A stretch of DNA of 64,000 nucleotides from a plasmid: the sequence record CP109674.1. One strand, written 5' to 3'. Numbering within the stretch: the stretch's first letter is position 1; every line of letters begins with the position of its first letter. Under the pieces are notes generated by a model. It did no database searches, had not been told where the DNA came from, and saw nothing but the letters and a program-made list of their open reading frames with translations. A program made the translations under genes and the position numbers. Below, piece by piece: positions 40,489 through 50,091 of the stretch.

Positions 40489-41475
40489 TTACCACGCGTA
40501 AGCTTCAGGTGCCTCTCCGCCTGGCCCCGGCCAGATGGTATCCAGCCTTTTGAGCGTATCGTCTGAAAGAGACAGCGTCAGGGCATTGAGATTCTGACGG
40601 AGCTGTTCAACTGTACGCGGACCACTGAGCACGGCGCTAACCACCGAGTTCTGCAGTAGCCAAGCCAGCGCGACGTCTGATGGTGTTTCCCCCAGCTCAT
40701 CACACAGTGTTTCCCAGGCCTCCAGTTGTGGCCGCAGGCGGTTGATTTGTGCCTGCAACTGCGGTGATGCCCGGCGGCCACCGGCAATTTTCTTCAGAAC
40801 ACCGCCCAGCATCCCCATCCCGACCGGGCTCCAGGGGATCAGGCCAATGCCGTAATGACGCAGCGCCGGAATGATTTCTAGCTCAATCGTGCGCTGGGTC
40901 AGATTGTACAGGCTCTGTTCCGATGCCAGCCCCAGCAGGTTGCGCGCGTCAGCCTTGCACTGTGCAGTGGCAATATCCCAGCCAGCAAAGTTACTGCTGC
41001 CAACGTAGCTGATTTTACCCTCTCGGATCAGCTGTTCCATGGCCTGCCAGATCTCCTCCCAGGGCGTGTTCCGGTCGATATGGTGCATCTGATAGAGATC
41101 GATATGGTCCGTTTTCAGCCTTTTCAGGCTGGCCTCACAGGCCCGGCGGATATGGTAGGCAGACAGGTATTTGTCGTTCGGCCCCGTGTCCATCGGCTGG
41201 TAAACTTTCGTGGCCAGCACTATCCGGTCACGCTGACCACTACGCGCCAGCCAATTACCGATGATTTCTTCGGATGTTCCGTAACCCTTTGCCATATCCG
41301 GTGACTGCGGCCCGCCATAGACGTCAGCGGTATCGAAAAAGTTGATACCTGCATCCACGGCTTCATCCATGATCCTGAAGCTGGCAGACTCATCCGTCAG
41401 CTCACCGAAATTCATGGTACCGAGACCGATGCGGCTCACCCGCAGACCGGTACGCCCCAGATGTTTGTAATTCAT
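40489..41475 (-). CDS. Aldo/keto reductase
   Basis: 328-aa ORF with an AKR fold and motifs (GLGTMNFG, D..Y..H). Confidence 0.85.
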   Translation of the reverse strand: MNYKHLGRTGLRVSRIGLGTMNFGELTDESASFRIMDEAVDAGINFFDTADVYGGPQSPDMAKGYGTSEEIIGNWLARSGQRDRIVLATKVYQPMDTGPNDKYLSAYHIRRACEASLKRLKTDHIDLYQMHHIDRNTPWEEIWQAMEQLIREGKISYVGSSNFAGWDIATAQCKADARNLLGLASEQSLYNLTQRTIELEIIPALRHYGIGLIPWSPVGMGMLGGVLKKIAGGRRASPQLQAQINRLRPQLEAWETLCDELGETPSDVALAWLLQNSVVSAVLSGPRTVEQLRQNLNALTLSLSDDTLKRLDTIWPGPGGEAPEAYAW

Positions 41476-41500
41476 GTCAAATGCTCCTTAACTGAACGTG

Positions 41501-42532
41501 TTATTGCAGATTTTTACGGAAAAAGTCTTTCAGCTTGTCAAAAGGGATGACGTCGGTACGGTCATACAGATCGACATGCCCTGCGCCCGGTACGACATAC
41601 AGTTCTTTAGGCTGACCGGCGCGTTTGAAAGCGTCCTCGCTGAACTCTTTTGAGTGAGCCTGATCGCCGGTAATAAACAGCATCGGGCGCGGCGAGATGG
41701 TTTCAATATCGTTGAACGGATAGAAGTTCATAAACTTGCCAATACTGCTCAGCATCGGTTTCGTCGTCAGTTCTTCTTTCTGACCCTGTGGGGTGTAGCC
41801 GCCGCGTTCGGTGCGGTAGAAATCAAAGAACTCGCGCTGAATATCAGGCGTTGAAGCGTCCAGTGTATTCACGGTACCGGGAATGTAGGCCGTCTCGCCT
41901 CCCTGAAACTCTGCTAAACGCTGCTCTGTGGCTGACCGGATAAAGGCCTTTCGTTGTTCCGGCGTCTGGGAATGGTTGAGGCCGTTGCGAAATGCAGCCC
42001 CCATGTCATACATGCTGACGGTGGCAATGGCTTTCATACGCGGGTCAATCTTGGCAGCACTGATAACAAAACTTCCGCTGCCGCAGATACCTAATACACC
42101 GATGCTATCCGGATCGACAAACGGCTGTGTGCTTAGATAATCAACCGCCGCGCTGAAATCATCTGTGTAGATTTCCGGTGAAATCAGGTGCCCCGGTTTG
42201 CCCTCGCTTTCTCCCCAGAAAGAGAGATCGATAGCCAGCGTGACAAACCCCTGCTCCGCCAGCTTCTGCGCATAGAGATTCGAACTCTGTTCCTTAACGG
42301 CTCCCATCGGGTGACCAACGACGATCGCCGGGTGTCGGGTATTCTGGTTCATCTTTTTCGGGATAAACAGGTTGCCGACCACGGCCATCTGATACTGGTT
42401 TTTAAAGGTGACTTTTTGCTGCGTCACCTTATCGCTTTTATAAAAATTATCGGCCCCACGGGACATATCCGCCGCAGAGGAAGCAAATGCACTGATCAAC
42501 AGCCCCAGCGCTAACGTAAATTTTTTCATGAT
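41501..42532 (-). CDS. Secreted alpha/beta-hydrolase (dienelactone hydrolase / X-Pro dipeptidyl-peptidase-like)
   Basis: The likely start is MKKFTLALGLLISAFASSAA (signal peptide), internal to the 403-aa ORF. It has a GxSxG nucleophile elbow (GICGSGS). Confidence 0.7.
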   Translation of the reverse strand: MMKKFTLALGLLISAFASSAADMSRGADNFYKSDKVTQQKVTFKNQYQMAVVGNLFIPKKMNQNTRHPAIVVGHPMGAVKEQSSNLYAQKLAEQGFVTLAIDLSFWGESEGKPGHLISPEIYTDDFSAAVDYLSTQPFVDPDSIGVLGICGSGSFVISAAKIDPRMKAIATVSMYDMGAAFRNGLNHSQTPEQRKAFIRSATEQRLAEFQGGETAYIPGTVNTLDASTPDIQREFFDFYRTERGGYTPQGQKEELTTKPMLSSIGKFMNFYPFNDIETISPRPMLFITGDQAHSKEFSEDAFKRAGQPKELYVVPGAGHVDLYDRTDVIPFDKLKDFFRKNLQ

Positions 42533-42545
42533 GGTCTCCTTATCA

Positions 42546-43592
42546 TTAAGCCAGGGTGGCGTTATCAATGACAAACCGGTAATGCACATCGCCCCTGAGC
42601 ATGCGCTCATAGGCATCGTTAATCTGGTCGGCGCGGATAAGCTCAATGTCGGCGACAATGCCGTGTTGGGCGCAGAAATCGAGCATCTCCTGCGTTTCAG
42701 GAATGCCGCCAATCATCGACCCGGCAATCGATCTGCGCTTCATGATGAGGCTGAACACTTCTGGCGAGCCATGCGGCGTGGCCGGCGCACCCACCAGGGT
42801 CATCGTGCCATCGCGTTTCAGCAGCGCAGTGAACACGTCGAGGTTATGCGGCGCAGCAACGGTGTTGAGGATAAAATCGAAGCTCTTTGCATGGGCTTCC
42901 ATTTCGCTGGCATGACGGGAGACCACCACCTCATCTGCACCAAGCGCTCTGGCGGCGTCACGTTTGGACTCAGACGTGGTAAAGGCTACGACATGCGCGC
43001 CCATGGCGTGCGCAAGCTTGATCCCCATATGCCCCAGTCCACCGATACCGACCACGCCGACCTTTTTGCCGGGGCCCGCCTGCCAGTGACGCAGCGGTGA
43101 GTACGTTGTGATCCCTGCGCACAGCAGCGGAGCCACGGCGGCTAGTTGCGCTTCTGGGTGAGTGACGCGCAGGACATAGCGCTCATGCACCACAATCTGC
43201 TGCGAATATCCGCCCAGCGTGTGGCCCGGCGCATCCGGCGTTGGGAAATTGTATGTCCCTGTCATATGGTCGCAGTAGTTCTCCAGTCCGTCGTCACAGT
43301 CACTGCAGTGCCGGCAGCTGTCGACAATGCAGCCGACCCCCACCAGGTCCCCTGCACAAAAACCGGAGACGTGATCGCCAACGGCCACGACACGACCGAC
43401 AATTTCATGTCCCGGTACGCAGGGATAGAGCGTTCCAGCCCATTCAGCGCGTACCTGGTGGATATCCGAATGGCAGACTCCGCAGTACGCGATATTAATC
43501 TGCACATCATGGGCACCGGGGGCGCGACGGGTGATATCCATCGGCTCCAGCGGCAGTGTGCCCGCATGGGCACCGTAAGCTTTAACTGTCAT
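42546..43592 (-). CDS. Zinc-dependent NAD(P)-alcohol dehydrogenase (YahK-like)
   Basis: 348-aa ORF with a GroES-like N-terminus carrying Zn ligands (CGVCHSD, C..C..C..C) and a GxGxxG Rossmann motif. Confidence 0.85.
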   Translation of the reverse strand: MTVKAYGAHAGTLPLEPMDITRRAPGAHDVQINIAYCGVCHSDIHQVRAEWAGTLYPCVPGHEIVGRVVAVGDHVSGFCAGDLVGVGCIVDSCRHCSDCDDGLENYCDHMTGTYNFPTPDAPGHTLGGYSQQIVVHERYVLRVTHPEAQLAAVAPLLCAGITTYSPLRHWQAGPGKKVGVVGIGGLGHMGIKLAHAMGAHVVAFTTSESKRDAARALGADEVVVSRHASEMEAHAKSFDFILNTVAAPHNLDVFTALLKRDGTMTLVGAPATPHGSPEVFSLIMKRRSIAGSMIGGIPETQEMLDFCAQHGIVADIELIRADQINDAYERMLRGDVHYRFVIDNATLA

Positions 43593-43608
43593 GGCATTAC
43601 TCCTGGGT

Positions 43609-44826
43609 TTATGAATGGTCTGCGGCAGAAGTGTCTGCCCGCGAGGTCAGGAAGATCAGTACGGTTGCGATAATCAGCATCGCGGCGCTGGCCAGGAAGG
43701 TGCTCTGGTAGCCGTGATGGTCGAAAAGCAGGCCGCCCAGCGTCGAACCGAGAGCAATGGACAGCTGCACCATCGCCACCATCAGTCCGCCGCCCGCTTC
43801 GGCATTCTGAGGGAAGGTACGCGGAACCCATGCCCACCATCCCACCGGTGCGGCTGTGGAAATCAGCCCCCACAGCCCAAGCAGCGCCGTCACGATGGCT
43901 ACCTGACTGCCGAAGGCAATCAGTGCCAGCGCGGTGATGGCCATCAGTACCGGGATGGCCATCAGGGTCGGGTAGAACCCGCGTTTTAACACCCGGCCAA
44001 TCAGCGTAGTGCCGATGAAACCCGCGACACCAATAACCAGCAGGACCAGTGTCACTGTTGCGTCATCCACCCGCGTCACCGTCTCAAGGAAAGGCCTGAT
44101 GTAGGTAAAGAGCGTGAATTGCCCCATAAAGAAGATCCCCACACCCAGCATGCCCAGCGTGACCACCCGGCGACGAAACAGCATGAAAACGTTGCGGGAA
44201 GCCGCCGCCTGACGGGTGACCGACATGGAAGGCAGACTGAGTAATTGCCAGACAAACGCGATGATGGCGACCGGCACCAGGCAGAAGAAGGCGCCCCGCC
44301 AGCCAACAACCGATCCGAGCCAGCTGCCCAGAGGGGCAGCCACGACGGTAGCCAGAGCATTGCCGCTGTTGAAAATAGCCAGCGCCAGCGGAACACGATG
44401 CACCGGGACCAGACGCATTGCCGTCGCGGCCGACATCGACCAGAACCCGCCGACCACAATGCCAATCAGGGCCCTGCCCGCCATATAGGTCAGGTAATTG
44501 GGTGCCATCGCAATAACAGCACCGGAAATTGCCATAATGCAGGTCAGGCCGAGCAGCAGCGTTTTCCGGTTAAGCGTGCCTGCCAGCACGGAAATAAACA
44601 GGCTGGTTACCACTGCAAATGCCCCGGAAATAGCGATGCCCTGTCCGGCCATGCCTTCGGTGACACGAAGGGTCTTCGCCATCGGTGTCAGCAGGCTGAC
44701 CGGCATGAATTCGGAGGCGATCAGGGCGAAGACGCACAGCGTCATGGCAAAGACACCACTCCAGTGCGCAGGCTGTTTCCCGCTTCCGGTGTTTTTTTTT
44801 CTGTTTTCGTCTGTCTTATTACTCAT
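43609..44826 (-). CDS. MFS transporter (12 TM)
   Basis: 405-aa hydrophobic ORF with MFS signature loops. Confidence 0.8.
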   Translation of the reverse strand: MSNKTDENRKKNTGSGKQPAHWSGVFAMTLCVFALIASEFMPVSLLTPMAKTLRVTEGMAGQGIAISGAFAVVTSLFISVLAGTLNRKTLLLGLTCIMAISGAVIAMAPNYLTYMAGRALIGIVVGGFWSMSAATAMRLVPVHRVPLALAIFNSGNALATVVAAPLGSWLGSVVGWRGAFFCLVPVAIIAFVWQLLSLPSMSVTRQAAASRNVFMLFRRRVVTLGMLGVGIFFMGQFTLFTYIRPFLETVTRVDDATVTLVLLVIGVAGFIGTTLIGRVLKRGFYPTLMAIPVLMAITALALIAFGSQVAIVTALLGLWGLISTAAPVGWWAWVPRTFPQNAEAGGGLMVAMVQLSIALGSTLGGLLFDHHGYQSTFLASAAMLIIATVLIFLTSRADTSAADHS

Positions 44827-44953
44827 TCAGGGATTTCTTTTCAGTAGATAACATGAAGTCTGTGCCCCGGAGCCTTCAGCGCTGCAGGAAGAGCTGAAAC
44901 GGCATACGGAGACGGGATAAGAGGGATAATCGCGGTACGGAAGGTGCTGCGGG

Positions 44954-45439
44954 TCAGTTGGCGACCCTGATCTGCACCGCAAGAGGTCCGTGGCGCTGCA
45001 GGACCGGCAGTCCGGAATCCACTTTCCCTAACGGGATCAGTGAACGGGCGTAAGCCCTGCCCCGGGCAAAAATCGCCAGGTTGCCCCAGGGCGCGTAGTA
45101 AGTGATATCTCCGGCTTCCGGCGTCATGCCGTCCGGTGCCTGCACCGTGGAAAGCCTGCGCGGCAGGTCGCTTATACGCTCAATATCGTCATAGTCTTCC
45201 AGCGTCAGGCTGAGGGGAAGCAAAGACGCAAAGTCCCGGCCTGTCGGCGTATCAAAGAGGGTGGCGGTGGCGGTTTCTCCCTCCACAATGATCTCAATTT
45301 TCATAAGCGTCTCCTGCGCCACTCCCCGGTCGTTGTCACCCGCCATAGCGGACTGCGTGACGAAAAGCAGGCCGGCAAGGAGCAGCAGTGATGTTCTGCG
45401 GTAAGCGTTTTGCATAAGGGTTAGCGTTGACTTTTTCAT
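44954..45439 (-). CDS. Secreted hypothetical protein (161 aa), divergently adjacent to lysR
   Basis: ORF with a signal peptide. No confident family. Confidence 0.45.
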   Translation of the reverse strand: MKKSTLTLMQNAYRRTSLLLLAGLLFVTQSAMAGDNDRGVAQETLMKIEIIVEGETATATLFDTPTGRDFASLLPLSLTLEDYDDIERISDLPRRLSTVQAPDGMTPEAGDITYYAPWGNLAIFARGRAYARSLIPLGKVDSGLPVLQRHGPLAVQIRVAN

Positions 45440-45531
45440 CGCATTATTGTTACCAATATGCAGCGGGTTAACTAGCTAATGAATACTTAATACCCTTATA
45501 AGTAAAATTTATAAATGGACCGGAAACGAGC

Positions 45532-46431
45532 ATGGCCAGACGCAATCTTAACGACTTACTCTCTTTCGTCACCGTGGCGCGTGAGGGCAGCTTTACGCGC
45601 GCTGCCGCCCAGCTCGGCGTGACCCAGCCCGCACTGAGCCAGGCGATTTCCGGGCTGGAAGAACGGATGCAAATCCGCCTGCTGACAAGGACCACGCGCA
45701 GTGTGTCAGTGACGGCTGCCGGGGAGCGCCTGCTGCAGTCTGTGGGACATCGTATTGATGAGATTGAAACCGAGCTGGACATGCTGACGGCACTGCGTGA
45801 TAAACCTGCCGGGACCGTCCGTATTACATGTGGACCTAATGTTCTGAAGACCACACTGCTGCCAAAGCTGACACCACTGTTACGCGAATATCCTGATATT
45901 CATATTGAGTTTGATGCCAACCACGGCTTCCGGGATATCGTTGCGGATCGTTTTGATGCCGGCGTGCGGCTCGGAGACACTATCGACAAAGATATGATAG
46001 CCGTACCCATTGGCCCGAAACTGCGCATGGCGGCTGTAGCTTCCCCTGAGTATTTCGCCCGGTGCGCCGCCCCTCAGACGCCACGCGATCTGATGCAACA
46101 CTGCTGTATTAATGAGCGCATGGTTCAATCGGGGAAAATTTACGCCTGGGAGTTTGAGCAGGAAAACGGTAAATTTCACGTTCGGGTTGAAGGGCAACTG
46201 ACGTTTAACACATCGGAACACGTCGTTGACGCAGCTCTTGCCGGACTGGGCATTGCCTTTTTACCTGAAGAGGAGTTCGGCACACATCTGCAGGAAGGAA
46301 AACTGATCCGCGTGCTTGAAGAATGGTGCCGTCCTTTTCCCGGCTACTATCTTTATTATCCCAGCCGTAAACAGCCTTCCCCAGCGTTTTCACTCGTTGT
46401 GGATGCGTTGCGTATTAACCGGAAAATTTAA
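45532..46431 (+). CDS. LysR-family transcriptional regulator
   Basis: 299-aa ORF with an N-terminal HTH (LNDLLSFVTVAREGSFTRAAAQLGVTQPALSQAI) and a LysR substrate-binding domain. Confidence 0.85.
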   Translation: MARRNLNDLLSFVTVAREGSFTRAAAQLGVTQPALSQAISGLEERMQIRLLTRTTRSVSVTAAGERLLQSVGHRIDEIETELDMLTALRDKPAGTVRITCGPNVLKTTLLPKLTPLLREYPDIHIEFDANHGFRDIVADRFDAGVRLGDTIDKDMIAVPIGPKLRMAAVASPEYFARCAAPQTPRDLMQHCCINERMVQSGKIYAWEFEQENGKFHVRVEGQLTFNTSEHVVDAALAGLGIAFLPEEEFGTHLQEGKLIRVLEEWCRPFPGYYLYYPSRKQPSPAFSLVVDALRINRKI

Positions 46432-46605
46432 CGCTGAATTATCGGGCCAATATTTCAAGAACGGACGTGAACGTCCGCTTTTGGCACTAAGCGGACTGTG
46501 ATCACACTTCTGACGTCTCGTTTTCTGACTTCCTTCGTGGCTTGCCCTAAGCATGTTGTAGTGCGATACTTGTAATGACATTTGTATTTACAAGAGGTGT
46601 GAGAC

Positions 46606-46845
46606 ATGGGTAGCATCAACCTGCGTATTGACGATGAACTTAAAGCGCGTTCTTACGCTGCGCTTGAAAAAATGGGTGTAACTCCCTCTGAGGCACTTCG
46701 CCTCATGCTTGAATATATTGCTGACAATGAACGTTTGCCGTTCAAACAGACACTCCTGAGTGATGAGGATGCTGAGCTCGTGGAGATCGTGAAAGAACGA
46801 CTTCGCAATCCTAAGCCAGTACGTGTGACGCTGGATGAGCTCTGA
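46606..46845 (+). CDS. relB: RelB/DinJ-family antitoxin
   Basis: 79-aa ORF with a RHH-type N-terminus. Its stop overlaps the toxin start (ATGA). Confidence 0.8.
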   Translation: MGSINLRIDDELKARSYAALEKMGVTPSEALRLMLEYIADNERLPFKQTLLSDEDAELVEIVKERLRNPKPVRVTLDEL

Positions 46846-47132
46846 TGGCATATTTTCTGGATTTTGACGAGCGTGCACTAAAGGAATGGCGAAAGCTGGG
46901 CTCGACGGTACGTGAACAGCTAAAAAATAAGTTGGCTGAAGTGCTTGAGTCACCCCGAATTGATGCGAACAAGCTTCGGGGTATGCATGACTGTTACAAA
47001 ATTAAGCTCCGGTCTTCAGGCTATCGTCTTGTATATCAGGTCATAGACGAGAAGGTTGTCGTCTTTGTGATTTCTGTCGGGAAAAGAGAGCGCTCGGAAG
47101 TTTATAGCGAGGCGGTCAAACGCATTCTCTGA
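46845..47132 (+). CDS. relE: RelE/ParE-family mRNA interferase toxin
   Basis: 95-aa ORF with RelE-type motifs (KLRSSGYRLVYQV.D....VISVGKRE). Confidence 0.8.
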   Translation: MAYFLDFDERALKEWRKLGSTVREQLKNKLAEVLESPRIDANKLRGMHDCYKIKLRSSGYRLVYQVIDEKVVVFVISVGKRERSEVYSEAVKRIL

Positions 47133-47203
47133 AATAAAGCAGGACATCTCTGTTTCGCAGTAAAGGTGCCATTTCTGCTTTGCGTTGACAGGAGAAGAAG
47201 GCC
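47090..47203 (-). ncRNA. sok: Expected position of Sok antisense RNA / mok leader of the hok locus (not resolved at base level)
   Basis: Inferred from the canonical hok/sok architecture, in which the antisense RNA lies opposite the mRNA leader just upstream of hok. Promoter elements were not individually identified. Confidence 0.25.
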
Positions 47204-47363
47204 ATGAAACTGCCGCGAAACACCCTGCTCTGGTGCGTATTAATAGTGTGTCTCACACTGCTGATATTCACTTACCTGACACGGAAATCGCTCTGCGAAA
47301 TCCGGTACAGGGACACGGACAGGGAGGTGGCAGCTTTTATGGCTTACGAATCCGCTAAGTAGC
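47204..47363 (+). CDS. hok: Hok/Gef-family type I toxin (52 aa; below the ORF-track threshold)
   Basis: ATG at 47204 to TAG at 47361..47363 encodes [52 protein letters not shown]. This is nearly identical in pattern to R1 Hok. A GC-rich 3' fold-back region follows. Confidence 0.8.
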
Positions 47364-48307
47364 TAACCCCGGCGGGGGGAAACCCCCGCCATTCAGGGGC
47401 TGAGACTGTGTGGACATGCCTGAAGCGCCTTTATGAAGGGGTTGCCGGTTCGCCGGTAGCCCCTTTTTCCTTCCCGATGCGACCGCACGCCTGAACTTCC
47501 GGGAAGGGCTGTTCCCCTGCGGGGAACGGGGGAAGGGGGACGCGCCTTCGGCACCGTCCCTCTGCTCCCTCCGCCTTGCCCTCTCTCCTGCCTGATTTTG
47601 CTTAAGTCAGAGCACCACGAGTTACCTGCCTGTATCTGGCTTCAGCCTGGTTTTCCCTGTGTTCTTCATCCCGGGCATCATATCCGTCGTCCTGCTGGTT
47701 AACTTCCTCAGCTGCAGCTCCGTGGCCATAACCCGAAAACAGGGCAGGGCGATGGCCCCCTTCGGCTCCCGGCCAGCGCTGCTGTCCGGTCGTCGAGCCC
47801 CACTCCGCCGGGGCGGCTGCTGACGCACCCGCCGGGCTCCGCCGAACCCGCAAGCGGTTTCGGGCTGACGCTAGGGTCTGATGGCGAAGGTCAAAAGCTG
47901 CGGCTTCTCCGGCCGTGCCGTCCGGAACGCCTTCACCGCGCCGGCTGATGCCGTCGCTTTAATGGCGCCACGCCGTTCCGACGTGTCGGGTGTGTGCATC
48001 CTGTTCCCCCGGTGAAGCCATCCCCCGTGTGTCCTCACGCGGAGGGCTGCTTGTAGCACCGTCGGGTCGTCATCCAAGGGGTGAAATGCACTCCGCCAAA
48101 ACTTTTTGCGTGCCGCAAAAACTTTCGTCTCCGCCCCTTTCCTTCCTCCCTTCGCCGTTGCTCCTTTGCCCTTTGCCGCGAGAGAACTCACCAGGGAGAT
48201 GGACAACCATCACCACAGGAGAAAACCAGGATGTCGTTACGGAGGCCGCATCAGAACACAAACTGATCCGTGACCAGGAGGAAACCACACGACAGACGGA
48301 AAAAGAC

Positions 48308-48694
48308 ATGCTTAACAAAGCCGTTAAAGCGGAAAAAGAAAAGAGTGAGACTCAGGAGCGTATTGTTGTGCCGGTGGAGGACGCGGTGCGTATTACGCCC
48401 GGGATGCTTGAGGTTGACGACCGGAATGAGCCAACGATTCCTGCCGGAAAAGTGCTCATTCAGGTTGCCAGCTCGGACAGCGTTAGCCACGATGAGATTG
48501 GCCGTCATATCAGGGCAGAAAAGGAACCATTGGCCAGCAAAGTTGCTTCGGAACGTGCGGGAGTCAGCCGCATTGTGAATGAGCTGGCCAATACCGAGCG
48601 GGATATTATCCGGCAACCCGAAAATAGCGAGCGCGGCCGCATGCCGGAGCGAGAAGAACAGACCCTCACCCGTACCATTCAGAAAGAACGTTAA
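48308..48694 (+). CDS. Hypothetical highly charged protein (about 128 aa from the internal Met; ORF extends to 47990)
   Basis: ORF with Glu/Lys/Arg-rich, probably helical sequence. The upstream part of the ORF runs through an unusual GC- and Pro-rich segment and is probably not coding. Confidence 0.3.
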   Translation: MLNKAVKAEKEKSETQERIVVPVEDAVRITPGMLEVDDRNEPTIPAGKVLIQVASSDSVSHDEIGRHIRAEKEPLASKVASERAGVSRIVNELANTERDIIRQPENSERGRMPEREEQTLTRTIQKER

Positions 48695-48722
48695 TCTCCC
48701 TTTTAACCATGAGACTCAGACG

Positions 48723-49511
48723 ATGAAAGTACACAAATTAGCTGCATTAATAGTTACAACATACATAGGCTTTATTGCAACGGCACACGCTTCGGCCCCG
48801 CAGCTAGTCTTCAGCCCGGAGCAGGAGGCCCGTATCGGGGAAATCGCAGCAGACTACCTGGTGTCCCACCCGGAGATACTGGTAACGGTCAGTCATAAGC
48901 TGCAGGAACAGCAGGAGGCACGTAAGCAGAAGATGTTTGCACTCAGCGTGATGGAGAATCAGGCGAACCTTCTGCATGATCCGGACACACCGGTTTACGG
49001 TCCTGATAATGCAAAGGTCGCGGTGATTGAATTCTTTGATTACCAGTGCGTGTTCTGCAGCCGCTTCGCGCCGGAGCTGGAGAAGGTCATGAAAGCGCAG
49101 CCGGACGTCCGCTACCTCTTTAAGGAGTGGCCAATTTTTGGTGGTCGCTGGGAAGCCTCACTTCAGGCAGCGCAGCAGGGGCTGACGGTCTGGCAAAAGA
49201 AAGGGCCGCAGGCCTATGTCACCTATCACAATGCCATCTACGCCACCGGCCATAATGAAGGCAAGCTGACGGCGGAGGATATTCACGGGGCAGCGTCAAA
49301 GGCGGGGCTGACCACTCCAGCTCCTGGCGACCATACCGCGTCCCTTGAGAAAAATAGTAACCTGGCAGAGGCGCTGGGACTCACCGGAACGCCGGGGATC
49401 ATCGTCATGCCCGTTAGCGGAGCCACTCCTGACACCATCACGGTCTTCCCGGAAGCCGTTACCGCTGAAAAACTCCAGGCTGCAATCCGGAAAGCCACCA
49501 GGGTGAAATGA
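48723..49511 (+). CDS. DsbA-family periplasmic thiol:disulfide oxidoreductase (plasmid-borne)
   Basis: The likely start is MKVHKLAALIV (signal peptide), internal to ORF 48579..49511. It has a thioredoxin-fold CxxC active site (YQCVFCSRF). Confidence 0.75.
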   Translation: MKVHKLAALIVTTYIGFIATAHASAPQLVFSPEQEARIGEIAADYLVSHPEILVTVSHKLQEQQEARKQKMFALSVMENQANLLHDPDTPVYGPDNAKVAVIEFFDYQCVFCSRFAPELEKVMKAQPDVRYLFKEWPIFGGRWEASLQAAQQGLTVWQKKGPQAYVTYHNAIYATGHNEGKLTAEDIHGAASKAGLTTPAPGDHTASLEKNSNLAEALGLTGTPGIIVMPVSGATPDTITVFPEAVTAEKLQAAIRKATRVK

Positions 49512-49956
49512 TCCTCAGTCCGAAGAACGTCTCCCGCCAGAGACTGTTTTTCATGTTCCGCGCGTAAATGCCATCTTCCTGTTCCGTTCTCCTGCGCTTC
49601 CTCGATCAGACCTGCCGGCCTGATACTGCGGCGAGCGCTGCCGGTTAAACGTCCCTTCAGGACAATTAGCACGCAAACAATGAACGCTAATCTGGCCTGA
49701 CATCTGGAAATATTGCCAGCGAGAAGGTAGTATTCGGATCGTCAGCGATCGTCTTGTGGTGGGACAGATTGTTGATTCAGATTACTTTTGTGACCTAACT
49801 CAAACTGACGGTTTGACTGCTTTGTGGTGAGGCAGGCGGGTGGCAGAAGATGGTTTTACGGAAGAAATGCGGACTTCCGGAAACAGACAGGGACAGGACG
49901 TGTCCAGTAAAACGTTCAGGAGCAGGTGACGGGATTTCCCGGAGCCTGAATGCACA

Positions 49957-50007
49957 AACCCCCCGATATCTGCTACGAACTTGGCGGAACGTCAGATATC
50001 AGGGGGT
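49957..50007. promoter_or_regulatory. Stable stem-loop (ACCCCCCGATATCTG...CAGATATCAGGGGGT) in the repA leader: candidate CopA/CopT antisense-control hairpin of an IncFII-type replicon
   Basis: A 14-bp near-perfect inverted repeat lies 85 bp upstream of the IncFII-like repA start. Confidence 0.4.
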
Positions 50008-50091
50008 CCAAAAGCAGGCGCGTTGCCTGTGAAGGATTATAACGCATGCACCATAGAAAACAACACCCGGCCGCCATAAGAACAGGCCGCC

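Noticed and set aside
42528-43100. 190-aa plus-strand ORF opposite the alcohol dehydrogenase gene
   Set aside because: Antisense shadow ORF.
44245-44847. 200-aa plus-strand ORF opposite the MFS transporter gene
   Set aside because: Antisense shadow ORF. Gln/His/Arg-rich low complexity.
47602-48206. Minus-strand ORFs (83 aa and 111 aa) in the GC-rich segment
   Set aside because: Ala/Gly/Arg-rich translations typical of non-coding high-GC DNA. No ribosome-binding sites.
49850-50032. 60-aa plus-strand ORF upstream of the IncFII repA
   Set aside because: It overlaps the copA-like hairpin. It does not resemble CopB/RepA2 or the Tap leader peptide.
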